Shown: piece by piece, positions 27,884 to 37,969 of the stretch
Layout: the number at the start of each line of letters is the position of its first letter
Numbering within the stretch: the stretch's first letter is position 1
Assembly (NCBI GenBank): GCA_031370785.1
Contig: JANMQY010000015.1
Coordinates: forward strand, 36,596-100,595
Direction: 5' to 3'
DNA length: 64,000 nucleotides
From: Candidatus Eiseniibacteriota bacterium
Lineage (GTDB): Bacteria > Eisenbacteria > RBG-16-71-46
Position numbers and translations under genes: made by a program
The notes under the pieces: model-generated
Told to the model about the DNA's origin: nothing
Database searches by the model: none
The model's input: only the letters and a program-made list of their open reading frames with translations

Positions 27884-30238
27884 TCAGCGAATGCGCACGA
27901 AGCGCCGCACGTCGCTCTCCCCGCCCGCCTCGAGCCGGCCAAAGTAGAGACCGGGCCCGGTCACGGCTCCCGCAGCATCGCGGCCGTCCCACTCGACTGA
28001 GTGGTGACCTGCCTCGTGCCACGCGCCTGAAACCAGTGAGCGCACGAGACGCCCGCTGACGTCGTAGATGCGCAGTACTACGCGGCCTCGCCGCGGCAGG
28101 TCGTACGCGAGCACGGTGCGCGCCTGGAACGGATTCGGCCTTGGCGCTTGCAGCATCGCGTGCCGAGGCGCGTCCGCAGGGTCGACGCCGGCGACGTTCG
28201 TCGAATCGTAGATCGCGATCACGAACTCGGGGTGATCCACGAACGGATTGCGGTTGCGCTGATATTCGTAGATGGCCGCGTTGCGCACGCGTTCCTTCCA
28301 GCTCACGGGATCGCCGATACTCCACTGCAGGTACTGGTCGGCCGCCCAGGGAAGCAGCTGCGACTTGGCTGTCGGCGCGCCGCCCGGCCACGAGGCGTCC
28401 TCGTTGAAGTACCGCGTCGCGACGTAGAACTGGCTGCGAGAGAGATCACCCTTGTAGCCGTCGATGGGCTCGAAGCAGGTACTGCTGTATCCCGGCGAGA
28501 CGCAGTTGCCGAGCTTGCTGCCATTCAGCGACGTCCAGGTGGCGGCGCCGACCTTGCCATAGGGATAGTTGCCGCGCTGGCTGTTCACCTTGGAATCCGT
28601 CGGGTAGATGATCCACAGGTCCGAGTACATCGGAAGCACGCTGCCGCCGAACCACGACTGCGGGAATGAATGCTCGCGGTTGTAGGCGATGCCCTCGCTG
28701 CCGCCCGAACCCAGCGGGCCGAACGCGAACTCGTACGGCGGGGTACCTCCCGGGACGTCGGAATACACATCCCACACGTTGCCGTTCGGACGCTTGTCCG
28801 TGTTGCGGAAGGCCGTGGCCGTCGCGCTGTAGCTGATGGAAGTGTGACCCTTGATGATGTTGTGCAGGGCGATGAGCAGCGCCGAGCCGTGCAGGCCGGT
28901 CACGGCATCGTAGTAGCCCGCGGGGATCGATACATCGACGAAGTGGAACACGAACGTCGCGTTGTTGGTGTAGTGACCGGCGAGATCCCCCACGCCGTTC
29001 ACGGTGAGCGTCCTATCTCCCGCCGGGATGGCGCGCACCGTGATCGTCACCTGCGATGAGTCGACGGAGTTACGCACGGCGTTCACGGCGACGATTCCAT
29101 TGACGCTGTAGTTGCCCGGGACCTGCGAAGTCGCCGGGTCGACCCAGACGTTGAAGAACACCTGCAGCGTCGAGTCGCTGGCCTCGTAGACCGAGGTGAT
29201 GACCGGCGCCCCGGTGCTGCCGCCGCCCGTGCCGGTGACGGTGTAATTGAGGACCGGCGACTGGACGGTCACGGAGTCGTCGGACGCCGTGACCTGGTAG
29301 TAGATGACCGTGCCGCCCGCGTGCGCCGGAATGGGCGGCGAATTCTGCCAATAGTCCCCGGTCGCCGGCGCCATGCTGATGACGTTTGGAAGCGACGAGC
29401 TGGTCGTCCCCCAGGCCAGCGAAACGGCGTTCAGCGCGCGCGCGCTGTCGACCACGCTGGCCTGGACCGTGACGCCGAGCGTGTCGAGCGGCGGCGCCGG
29501 GATCGTCGAGAAGTTTGACATCACCGGTCCCCCGGGACCGCCCGAACCGATCAAGGTGCCGGTCACCGCGACGTTGTCGATCGAGGCCTTGGGACGTGCG
29601 CCCGAGGAACCCGCCGGCCCGGTGCCGTTGTAGTCGTAGAAGCGGATGCGCGCCGTCGGGCAGTTCGTGAACGCCGGCGGCAACTGCACGAGCGAGATCT
29701 GCTGCGAGAACGCGACGTTGTTCGTGAAGTTGACGACTGAGGCGGCGGGCAGTTCGGTGAACGTCGTGCCGTCGATGCTGGTGTAGACGCGCAGCGAACC
29801 GTTGCGATTGCCGGTGGAGTTGAAGACGGTCGCGAAGTCGTAGCTCAGGGTGCCCGCGGTGACGCCGGTGAAATCGAGCAACAGATCGATGGCGTCCGCG
29901 TTGATGTTGTCAGTGCCGTTCGTGGAGAGCAGCTGGATGTTGCCGGAGCCCTTCTGCACCCCACCCGTGGTACTCGTCACGAACGTCGCCGTGCTCACCG
30001 TGATCCGGACGCCGTCGGGGATCGTCCCGGTCGCGTTGATGCCGACCGACGACCAGCGCTGGGCGCCGACACCGGAGGCGAAGTTGTTGGTCCAGTTCGC
30101 GATGTCGTTGAAGGTCTCGAAATAGTTGCCGCTCGACATCGGATAGGGAGTCGCCGCGAATCCGGTCGTGATCGTCGGTCCGAAGAACGACGCGAGCACC
30201 AGCAGCGGGGCGAGGAAGCTCAGGGGTGGATTGCGCAA
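27884..30238 (-). CDS. Secreted endonuclease I-family (His-Me finger) nuclease with beta-rich domains and FlgD-Ig/T9SS-like CTD (start uncertain)
   Basis: YNREHSFPQSWF, NSQRGNYPYG, KGDLSRSQFYVATRY and QRNRNPFVDHPE; C-terminal PNPF...YDVSGRLVR...WDGRD. Confidence 0.9.
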   Translation of the reverse strand: MRNPPLSFLAPLLVLASFFGPTITTGFAATPYPMSSGNYFETFNDIANWTNNFASGVGAQRWSSVGINATGTIPDGVRITVSTATFVTSTTGGVQKGSGNIQLLSTNGTDNINADAIDLLLDFTGVTAGTLSYDFATVFNSTGNRNGSLRVYTSIDGTTFTELPAASVVNFTNNVAFSQQISLVQLPPAFTNCPTARIRFYDYNGTGPAGSSGARPKASIDNVAVTGTLIGSGGPGGPVMSNFSTIPAPPLDTLGVTVQASVVDSARALNAVSLAWGTTSSSLPNVISMAPATGDYWQNSPPIPAHAGGTVIYYQVTASDDSVTVQSPVLNYTVTGTGGGSTGAPVITSVYEASDSTLQVFFNVWVDPATSQVPGNYSVNGIVAVNAVRNSVDSSQVTITVRAIPAGDRTLTVNGVGDLAGHYTNNATFVFHFVDVSIPAGYYDAVTGLHGSALLIALHNIIKGHTSISYSATATAFRNTDKRPNGNVWDVYSDVPGGTPPYEFAFGPLGSGGSEGIAYNREHSFPQSWFGGSVLPMYSDLWIIYPTDSKVNSQRGNYPYGKVGAATWTSLNGSKLGNCVSPGYSSTCFEPIDGYKGDLSRSQFYVATRYFNEDASWPGGAPTAKSQLLPWAADQYLQWSIGDPVSWKERVRNAAIYEYQRNRNPFVDHPEFVIAIYDSTNVAGVDPADAPRHAMLQAPRPNPFQARTVLAYDLPRRGRVVLRIYDVSGRLVRSLVSGAWHEAGHHSVEWDGRDAAGAVTGPGLYFGRLEAGGESDVRRFVRIR

Positions 30239-30573
30239 GGATGGAGGCCTTTCGGTCTCGGGCTCCGCAGCGGAACCATGGGGATGGCCGAAGGGACGCC
30301 TCGAGAAGAGGCCCGCCGACGGGGTCGTAGGGTATGCCGGAATGCCATGAGCGTACCCCCGCCGGGAGTGTTCGCAAAGAGACTTCACTGGCGCCCGGGG
30401 GAGCCCGGACGCCTCAGTTCACCATCGCGCCCGCAGGAAACAAACCCTCGATGCGGGTGAACCCGGCGAAACGGTAGGTGAGGCCGAAGTCGATCGCATC
30501 GTTGTTGCTGAATGTGCCGACACCGGGGAAGAAGTAGAACGCCGTTGGCGGGAGTACATGGAGGCACCCCGGC

Positions 30574-32067
30574 CTACTTCCCCTCCACCTTCGCCATCTG
30601 CGGCGGCCTTGGGATCGTCGGCGCCTTGTCGATTGCGAGCTTGAACTCCGCATCCGCCACCGCGCGCATCCGGATCTCCTGCGCCGTCGCGCGCACGCTC
30701 GTTCCCTGTGCGTCGTGGATCGTCCCGCTCAGCGTTACTCCAGGGGCGAGCGTGCGGTTGATGCCTTTCTCGGCGAGCACCCTGAGCTTTCCGACCGCGG
30801 CCGAGTCGGGCAGGCGCGCCCGGTCTCGCAGGAAGTCGCGGATGTCGACACCCCTGAGCCATGCGAAGCTCTCGACCAACATCTGTGAAGTGCCGACGTC
30901 GTAGTCGAGATCGGGCACATGGACCTGATGGTTGACCGGATCGAGACTCGGGGTGCCGGTGAAGTAGAGCCGGCCGCGCACCCGGCCCGCGAGTGTTACG
31001 CCGAGCGCGACGCGCCCGCCGCCGATACCGGTGAGCTGTGCGTCCCGGATCCGGATGCGATGACCCTGCTGCACGATCTTGAGGCCTACGAGGGCACGTC
31101 GTAGCAGGGTGCTGGCGACCGGGTAGGTTATCGACGCCTCGACGACCACGTGCGCGCCGTTTCCGACGTTGCTGGCCGCCTCGAGCGGAGGAAGTGGGCG
31201 CTCCTCGAAAGGCTGATCGCCGGTGACGACACGCGGGGAGGCGATCATTCGTAATCGCGCCATGACGGTGTCACCCACCGCGCCGACCGACCCGAGCTGC
31301 GCGGCGTATGGATTGATTTCGAGGTAGATGCCTTCGGCCAGCCGGATGGGACGCTGGAGTTGTCCCCAGAGCTTGACGAACCTCGGGCGCACCGGCCATC
31401 GCGACACCGCTTCGTCGAACTTCTTCAGATGCTGCTCGAGCATGGCCCGCGTCGCATCGATCACGCGGTCGGTAACATCGAGACGCAGGACGGTCAGCCG
31501 GCAGCGATCGCGCGGCTCGTCGCTGTAAGGCTCCAGTCGCACCACGCGTGTGCTCGTCTGAAGCTGCCAGCGTGGGGTCAGCCGGCCGGTCGAGGCGAGC
31601 GTCACGCGCACGCGGGGACGCGGCGCGTCACCCACGCCGCACCCTGCGCTCAATTCGGGCCCGATCGGCGGGCGATACCACACGCGTCCCTGGTATTCGA
31701 TATCGGTCGAGATCGATAGCGTCTGCCCGTTGACTCGAACCCGAAACGGCGAGCGGCTCACCGCGAATCCGAAGCTCGCGCGGGTGTTGGCCGGGACCGG
31801 CAGCCGAGTCTCGATGTCGCCATAAGTCCGCGGCACCGCGGCCTCGAGCGAATCTACCGCCGTGCCCAGGTTGTAGGTCACCAGCGCTTCGATGATGGAC
31901 GCGGGAACTTCTGGAATCGTGTCGAGGGGCTCGGCGACTACCGGAGGCGGAGGCGCATCCAGAACCAGCGGGCTCGAGTTGTACCGGACGTAGACGCCCA
32001 CCGCGATGGCAACGAGCAGCACGAACCCGGCGAACAACCAGACCGACCTGCGGGACTTGAAGATCAT
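30574..32067 (-). CDS. N-terminally anchored DUF4403-like protein
   Basis: One N-terminal TM helix; beta-rich body with CGVG..RPR, WGQLQRPI and GRLYFTGTP...VPDLDYD. Confidence 0.7.
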   Translation of the reverse strand: MIFKSRRSVWLFAGFVLLVAIAVGVYVRYNSSPLVLDAPPPPVVAEPLDTIPEVPASIIEALVTYNLGTAVDSLEAAVPRTYGDIETRLPVPANTRASFGFAVSRSPFRVRVNGQTLSISTDIEYQGRVWYRPPIGPELSAGCGVGDAPRPRVRVTLASTGRLTPRWQLQTSTRVVRLEPYSDEPRDRCRLTVLRLDVTDRVIDATRAMLEQHLKKFDEAVSRWPVRPRFVKLWGQLQRPIRLAEGIYLEINPYAAQLGSVGAVGDTVMARLRMIASPRVVTGDQPFEERPLPPLEAASNVGNGAHVVVEASITYPVASTLLRRALVGLKIVQQGHRIRIRDAQLTGIGGGRVALGVTLAGRVRGRLYFTGTPSLDPVNHQVHVPDLDYDVGTSQMLVESFAWLRGVDIRDFLRDRARLPDSAAVGKLRVLAEKGINRTLAPGVTLSGTIHDAQGTSVRATAQEIRMRAVADAEFKLAIDKAPTIPRPPQMAKVEGK

Positions 32068-32164
32068 CCGTGCATGCTACTGAATCGCTCGCGGGGCGAC
32101 GATGTGTTTCGCAGGCCGGGATTCCGGGGTGATTCGGACCGCTCAGCCCACTACAGTCGCCGCT

Positions 32165-32448
32165 CATCTGACCCGTCGGAGGATCGTCCGCACGCTCAAC
32201 CTGGTGGGAAGCCTTGGCGGCTCGGTCAGCAACGGACGCTGGCGTGTCGTGATGCCTCCCGGCGCCGTCGAGGGCAGTGCGACCGTCGCGCTCGGTGTCG
32301 CCAACACCAGCAACCCGGACTGCAGGCTCGAGATCTGGCCGGCTACTGGGCCGATCCGGTCGCAAAGCAGTGGGTCGAGCTCTCCGGATCCCAGGTCAAC
32401 CTCTCGAACAAGACCGTGAGCGTTTCGATCCTCCACTTCTCCGAGTAA
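32165..32448 (+). pseudogene. Remnant of a ZU5-like/HFS-motif exported protein
   Basis: LGGSVSNGRWRVVMPPGAV...LEIWP in one frame joins YWADPVAKQWVEL...SILHFSE in another; no start codon. Confidence 0.5.
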
Positions 32449-32658
32449 CTCGGTCGGACCCAGGGGTTGCAAGGCAGGCTGGTAGACGCACGGCACTGAA
32501 GCGCGCGAAGCCGCTCACGGGTACCTTCCCGTGGGCGGCTTGTCTATTGAAATGACCCGCCCCGGTTACCACATGGGCGACATGGACCTCGATCCTGTAA
32601 CTTCCCCCAGCGACTGCAACCGAACAGCCGGACACGCGCACGAGCCCACGGGGACACG

Positions 32659-35600
32659 GTGCGGCGATCGCCAGGGTATTTCCTCCAGATGCAGGCCTTG
32701 TTCGTCGCGGCGGCGACCTTGCTGCACGCCGCGCGAGCCGACGCCGCGTCTCCCGACTCTTCTCTCGATCAGCGCCTCGCCGCTGCGCTCTCGAGCGAGT
32801 CGATCCCCAGGGCCCGAGTCCTCGGCGATTCGGCACTGAAGCTCCGTGAGCGGCGCGACCGGCGTCCGCTTGCGGTGGCGTCATTCGCCGATTCGCTGGG
32901 AGTGCGGTTCTTCGGCGTGGGTTCGCCCGAGGCGCTCGAGGCGGCGGAACCGTACTTTCTGCGCGCGCTGACGTTGCGCGAGAGCGCGCTGGGCCCGAGC
33001 GATCTCGCCATCGCCAATACCGCGAGCACGCTCGCGACGCTCAACGATTACCTCGGCCGCTGGGACCGTGGGCTCGAGTTCGAGCGACGCTCGCTCGCGA
33101 TCCGGTTCGCGAAGCTCGATTCCACGCATGTGCGCGTCGCGAACAGTCGGCGCCAGATCGGGCTCTTCCTGTTCAATCTCGGGCGCTACCAGGAGGCCGA
33201 AAGCGAGCTGTCGCGTGCGCTGGCCATCTACGCATCGGCGCGGCTGCCGAACGTCGGGCGCCTCGCCGATGCGCTCAACAACATGGGCGAGATTTCCCGC
33301 GTACAGGACCGATACGAGGACGCGGAGCGCCATTTCCGGCGTGGCCTCGCGCTCGCCGATTCGGCGCTGCCCGCCGACGATGGAATGAGCGCCGTGCTGG
33401 TCAACAACCTCGCCGGGCTCTACAAGGATCTCGCGCGCTACGACGACGCCGAGCCGCTGCTCGGGCGGTCGCTCGCGCTGCGCGAGCACGCTTCGAGTCC
33501 GGATCCTGCGGCGCTGGCCACGGCGCAACTCAATCTTGCCGAGGTCTACCGCCTGCAGGGGCGGCTGATCGAAGCGGAACCGTTCTACGCCCGAGCGCTC
33601 GATGTTTCACGCGAGGCGTATGGCGGCGACCACCCGGATCGCATTCTGTTTCTCAATCAGGCGGCGGTTTTCTACGCGGCGCTCGGACAGTCCGCGCGGG
33701 CGGAGACGCTCTACCGCGAGACGGAGCGCATCACGATCCGGCGGCTCGGTCCCGATCATCCGCTGCTCGCCCAGACGTTGCACGATCTGGCGGGGCTGCT
33801 CGAAGCTCGAAAAGACTTCCCGGCGGCGGAGTCGGCCTACACCCGCGCACTGGCACTGAGGGAGCGCGCGCTCGGCCCTGCGCATCCCGAAGCGGCGGTC
33901 ACCCGCGCCGCGCTCGCGCGATGCCTCGCCGGGGATCCGCGGGCCGGCGATGCGACAGCGGCGCCGCTTCTCGCGCGCGCGATCGCGGTGCTCGATTCGA
34001 GCCCCTCCTACCCCGACGCCCGGCTCGACGCCTGGTCGCTGCGTGCGCAGATGAATTCGCGCGCGAACCGCAGAGCGGACGCGATCTCGGACATGCGCCG
34101 CGCGCTCGCAGCGGTGGACAGCCTGCGCGCCCGCCGCGGCGGCGGAGAGCAGACCCGCGCCGGATTCGTGGCCGGACACCATGCGCTCTACGACGAGCTG
34201 ATGGGCTGGCAGCTCGAGGCCGGCGATGTGGCCGGCGCATTCGAGACCCACGAGCGCGCCCGCGCGCGCGCGTTGCTCGATCAGATCTCCGCGAGCGGGG
34301 TGAACCTGCGTGCCGGGATTCCGTCCGATGAGCTTTCGGGGCTCGATGCCACGGAGCGCGCGGCCCGCAATCGGCTCGCCCAGGCTCAACACCTGATCGA
34401 CGCCGAGCGAGGCCGCGAGGGCGTGGCGGAGTCCGAGCGGCCCGCGCGAGTCGCGCGCCTCGAGGCCTCGCGCGACTCGGCCGCATGGGACCTCGGGCGC
34501 GCACGCGAGGCGCTGAAGGACCGAAGCCCGCTGTGGCGACGCGTGCTGAGCTCCGACGGACGGACTGCGTCGATCGCCGACATCCAGGGCTCGCTGGTTC
34601 CAGCCGGCACCGTGCTGATCGAATATCACATCGGCGAGGCGCGTTCGTGGGCCTTCGTGATTCCGTCGCGGGGCCGCCCGCCATCGGCTTTCGCATTGTC
34701 GGTGGATGCCGAGGCGGCGAAGCGGCTGGGCATTCCCGAGGGGCCGATCACCACTGCGTCGCTCGAGCAGGTGATGGTCGGCCGCCCCGATGCGCGCCCG
34801 CTGGCCGCGCGCGTCGGACTTGCCGACGAGCTGAGCGGAAAGGCGCTGACCCAGGTGGCGCGCGTCTTCGGCCCGTCCTCCGAGCCCGATCGCCGCGAGC
34901 TCAGGCTGCACGCGCTGTGGCGTGTGCTGGCACCGCCGGCGGTGTGGACCGAGCTGCGCCGCGCGGATCATGCCGTGATCGCTCCGGATGGCGCACTCCA
35001 TCTGCTGCCGTTCGAGGCGCTGGTGGTGATGCCGCGCCGGCCGGGGCGTGAGGTGCGCTACTGGCTCGATGACGGACCGGCGTCTTCGTATGCCGCCTCG
35101 GCAACCTCGCTCCTGTCTCTCGAGCGGCGCGCGGTCCCGCGCCGCAGCAATTCGATCGGATCGGTGGTGCTCAGCGTTTCCGATGCGCGCTTCGACGTCG
35201 GCGAGGTACCCGCGAGCGGCTCGGCGCCGGGATCCGGACCCATGGCCACGCTCCCGCGCTTCGATCCTTCCGGAAGGAAATGGAGGCCTCTGCCCGGCAC
35301 CCGCGTCGAGAGCGAGCGCCTGGTGCGCGCCTTCGCGCCGGAAAAGGTCGAGGTGCTGGCCGGTGCCGCCGCGACCGAGCAGGCGGTACGCGCCTCACTC
35401 GCGGGCAAGCGCTTCGTCCACATCGCCACGCACGGGTTCGTCACCGAGACGCGCGGCGACCTGCTTGCGGGTCTGGTGCTCTCGCCTCCCACGGGAGCCG
35501 CCGGCGGAAACGCGGACGACGGACTGCTTCAGCTCTACGAGATCTACGAGCTGCCGCTCGACTGCGACCTCGCGGTGCTCTCGGCGTGCGAGACGCATCG

Positions 35601-35877
35601 CGGCCCGCGAGTTCCGGGCGAAGGCGTGTTCGCGCTCTCTCGAGGTTTTCTCGCCGCGGGATCGCGCGGAGTCGTGGCCAGCCTGTGGGCCGTCGAGGAT
35701 CTGGCCACCGCCGAACTGGTGGCCGACACGTTCGATGGAATCGCCGCCGGTTACAAACGCGGCCGCGACAGCGACGTGGCGGTGCTGCTGCGCGACGCCA
35801 AGCGCCGCGTACGGGCGCACCCGAGCTGGTCCGACCCCCGCTACTGGGCCGCGTTCGTGCTGACCGGTACGCGCTGA
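32659..35877 (+). CDS. TPR-repeat plus CHAT (caspase-like) protease
   Basis: Many 42-aa TPRs (NNLAGLY, LGPDHP); APDGALHLLPFEAL, HIATHG, LSACET, SLWAVED and PRYWAAF. Confidence 0.93.
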   Translation: MRRSPGYFLQMQALFVAAATLLHAARADAASPDSSLDQRLAAALSSESIPRARVLGDSALKLRERRDRRPLAVASFADSLGVRFFGVGSPEALEAAEPYFLRALTLRESALGPSDLAIANTASTLATLNDYLGRWDRGLEFERRSLAIRFAKLDSTHVRVANSRRQIGLFLFNLGRYQEAESELSRALAIYASARLPNVGRLADALNNMGEISRVQDRYEDAERHFRRGLALADSALPADDGMSAVLVNNLAGLYKDLARYDDAEPLLGRSLALREHASSPDPAALATAQLNLAEVYRLQGRLIEAEPFYARALDVSREAYGGDHPDRILFLNQAAVFYAALGQSARAETLYRETERITIRRLGPDHPLLAQTLHDLAGLLEARKDFPAAESAYTRALALRERALGPAHPEAAVTRAALARCLAGDPRAGDATAAPLLARAIAVLDSSPSYPDARLDAWSLRAQMNSRANRRADAISDMRRALAAVDSLRARRGGGEQTRAGFVAGHHALYDELMGWQLEAGDVAGAFETHERARARALLDQISASGVNLRAGIPSDELSGLDATERAARNRLAQAQHLIDAERGREGVAESERPARVARLEASRDSAAWDLGRAREALKDRSPLWRRVLSSDGRTASIADIQGSLVPAGTVLIEYHIGEARSWAFVIPSRGRPPSAFALSVDAEAAKRLGIPEGPITTASLEQVMVGRPDARPLAARVGLADELSGKALTQVARVFGPSSEPDRRELRLHALWRVLAPPAVWTELRRADHAVIAPDGALHLLPFEALVVMPRRPGREVRYWLDDGPASSYAASATSLLSLERRAVPRRSNSIGSVVLSVSDARFDVGEVPASGSAPGSGPMATLPRFDPSGRKWRPLPGTRVESERLVRAFAPEKVEVLAGAAATEQAVRASLAGKRFVHIATHGFVTETRGDLLAGLVLSPPTGAAGGNADDGLLQLYEIYELPLDCDLAVLSACETHRGPRVPGEGVFALSRGFLAAGSRGVVASLWAVEDLATAELVADTFDGIAAGYKRGRDSDVAVLLRDAKRRVRAHPSWSDPRYWAAFVLTGTR

Positions 35878-35890
35878 CCGCGCGAGAGGA

Positions 35891-36679
35891 CTACTTGTAG
35901 CTGGCCTTGATGGCTCCCCAGCTGCGGCGGACGAGCGGCGTCGAGGCGGGTCCGTAGACGGTGATGGTCAGGTACTCGTACGTGGAGCCGAAGAAGACCG
36001 CACCAACGCTCCACCATGCGGACAGATCGTAATCCTGGCCGGAGACGAGATTGGTCAGATGGATCTCGGTGGTGGCCACGTCCGTGATCGACCGGGTCGC
36101 GGAGTCGTGCCCGAGCCCGAGCGAGCCGCCAATGTAGTCGGTGTCGTGTTCCGGATCCCTTGGCGCGGTGTAGTCGGTGCGCCAGTACGCGTCGTGAGTG
36201 AGATCCCAGCCCGTGCCCGCAGGATCGACGTCAAACAGCTCCTTGAGCGGCAGGATGAGTCCCGCGCGATTGAAATAGAAGTAGGGCGTGGGCGGGGGCT
36301 GGGGATTATCGAAATAGCAGTTCTCGGACTGCGAGCCGGCCGGCGGTGGTCCGAAATTCGCGGCGTAGTCGGCGGAGGTGGCGACGACCACGTTGTCGAT
36401 ATACTGCTCGGTCCATTGCAGATCGTTGTTGAAGTCGGGTGCGAAGCGCTTGGCTTCGAATACGATTCGCGCCGATGTCGCGTTGGCCGTGAACGGCATG
36501 CTGACCTTGATCGCGCAGAACTGGTTCTGTGGGAACTTGCGATCGAGCGTCTTGGGCGGCAACAGCTCCTCTTCCTGCGCTCGAGCTGCCGGTGCGCTGG
36601 CGATGAGCAGCAGGCCGGCGAGCAGGGCGGCGCAAAGACGAGCGGGCGCGATCTGACGCACGATAGTGGCAATGGACAT
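35891..36679 (-). CDS. Secreted hypothetical protein with a C-terminal SWGxIKxxY motif
   Basis: GGAGG RBS, signal peptide ending ARA, C-terminus TPLVRRSWGAIKASYK. Confidence 0.8.
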   Translation of the reverse strand: MSIATIVRQIAPARLCAALLAGLLLIASAPAARAQEEELLPPKTLDRKFPQNQFCAIKVSMPFTANATSARIVFEAKRFAPDFNNDLQWTEQYIDNVVVATSADYAANFGPPPAGSQSENCYFDNPQPPPTPYFYFNRAGLILPLKELFDVDPAGTGWDLTHDAYWRTDYTAPRDPEHDTDYIGGSLGLGHDSATRSITDVATTEIHLTNLVSGQDYDLSAWWSVGAVFFGSTYEYLTITVYGPASTPLVRRSWGAIKASYK

Positions 36680-36883
36680 GGGGGCACCTCCGGAGTCATT
36701 AGTTGCAGTTCGAGCCGTTGGCCGGGATACCGAGGCGTGCGGCCGCTTCGGGCGGGAAGGACGTGCACCTCGTGCGGCATTGATGATAGCCGCACGGCCT
36801 CGGTCAATGCCAGAGCGGACTGCGCAGGGAAACCTGAGGGATACTGCGAGACGGGGTGCGGATCGCGCCGGACGGCCCGCCGG

Positions 36884-37498
36884 CTAGCGTGACGAGGTAG
36901 CGGGCTCGAACTGTTCTGCCCGGACGATGAACCGCTTGGGCGCCTTGCCGATCCAGTTGAATGGATAGCAGGTGACGAGCGTGACCCAGCGTTCCTTGGT
37001 GGAATCGAGCACATCGACGCGGTGCGGCTCCATCACCTCGCCCCACTCCACGTGATAGCTGTACGTGCCTCGAGGGGTCACGATGCGGATGAGGTCGTTC
37101 TTGCGCACCTCGCCGAGCCCTCGGAAGAAGCCATCACGATGTGCGGCCAGACCGACGTTGCCGACTTCGCCGGGGAGCCGGGTCGAAGGGATATGACCCA
37201 CCGCGCGCTTGAGGGTCGGAGTGTCTACGCCTTCGGCGATGATCGCCGAGATCTTCAGCCGTGGGATCTCGATTCGCCCGATGACCCCCCTGGCAAGCTT
37301 TGCCGACGGAGCGACCTGCGCCGAGGCCACCGCGCGATCCTGCGACCGGGTCTCGAGCACCGCGCTCTCGAGCCGGCTCGATTGGGCCGACTGGAATGCC
37401 TGCGCCTCGCCTTGATTCTTGAGATACACCGCGAGGAGGAAGACGCCCAGGACGAACAGCGCTCCTTCCAGCCACCGACGCGAGTGACGTTGGGTCAT
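36884..37498 (-). CDS. Class D sortase
   Basis: N-terminal TM; GRIEIPRL, GNVGLAAHRDGFF (His), TLVTCYPF (Cys) and APKRFIV (Arg). Confidence 0.93.
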   Translation of the reverse strand: MTQRHSRRWLEGALFVLGVFLLAVYLKNQGEAQAFQSAQSSRLESAVLETRSQDRAVASAQVAPSAKLARGVIGRIEIPRLKISAIIAEGVDTPTLKRAVGHIPSTRLPGEVGNVGLAAHRDGFFRGLGEVRKNDLIRIVTPRGTYSYHVEWGEVMEPHRVDVLDSTKERWVTLVTCYPFNWIGKAPKRFIVRAEQFEPATSSR

Positions 37499-37529
37499 GA
37501 AAGAACGGCCTCTGGTTTGAGATGGCGAC

Positions 37530-37564
37530 TGGGGAGCCCGGAGCTGATGCGCGCCGGGCTCCCC
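37530..37564. terminator. GC-rich hairpin between ytxH and the sortase gene
   Basis: GGGGAGCCCGG...CCGGGCTCCCC inverted repeat. Confidence 0.5.
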
Positions 37565-37571
37565 ACGCTGC

Positions 37572-37862
37572 CTACGTGCTCGACCCGCCCTGACCGCGCT
37601 CGGAGATTACCGACTCGCGATAGGCCTTGCGACCCTCAACGATCGCGGTCGCCACGCGTTCCTTCTGTTCCCCGACGATGTGCTTGGCATCATCGATCCC
37701 CTTGCGCGCCCTGTCGCCGACGCGCAACTTGAGGTCGCCGATCTTGCGGCGGGTTTCCTCGCCGCTGGCCGGCGCGAGCAGCAACGCAGCGATCCCACCG
37801 GCGATGACGCCCAGAGCGAACGCCAGTACACCCGTCCCCACACTGCTGGATCTTTCAGACAT
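37572..37862 (-). CDS. YtxH domain (general stress) protein
   Basis: FALGVIAGGIAALLLAPASGEETRRKI. Confidence 0.9.
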   Translation of the reverse strand: MSERSSSVGTGVLAFALGVIAGGIAALLLAPASGEETRRKIGDLKLRVGDRARKGIDDAKHIVGEQKERVATAIVEGRKAYRESVISERGQGGSST

Positions 37863-37969
37863 GACTCAAACCCTCCCTGTGTTGCTGCTGATGCAGCGTA
37901 AATCGGGCGCGGAGCGTGTGCCCCGCGCCCGATCGTGATTTTCAGACGGTCAATGACCGACGTTCGATC

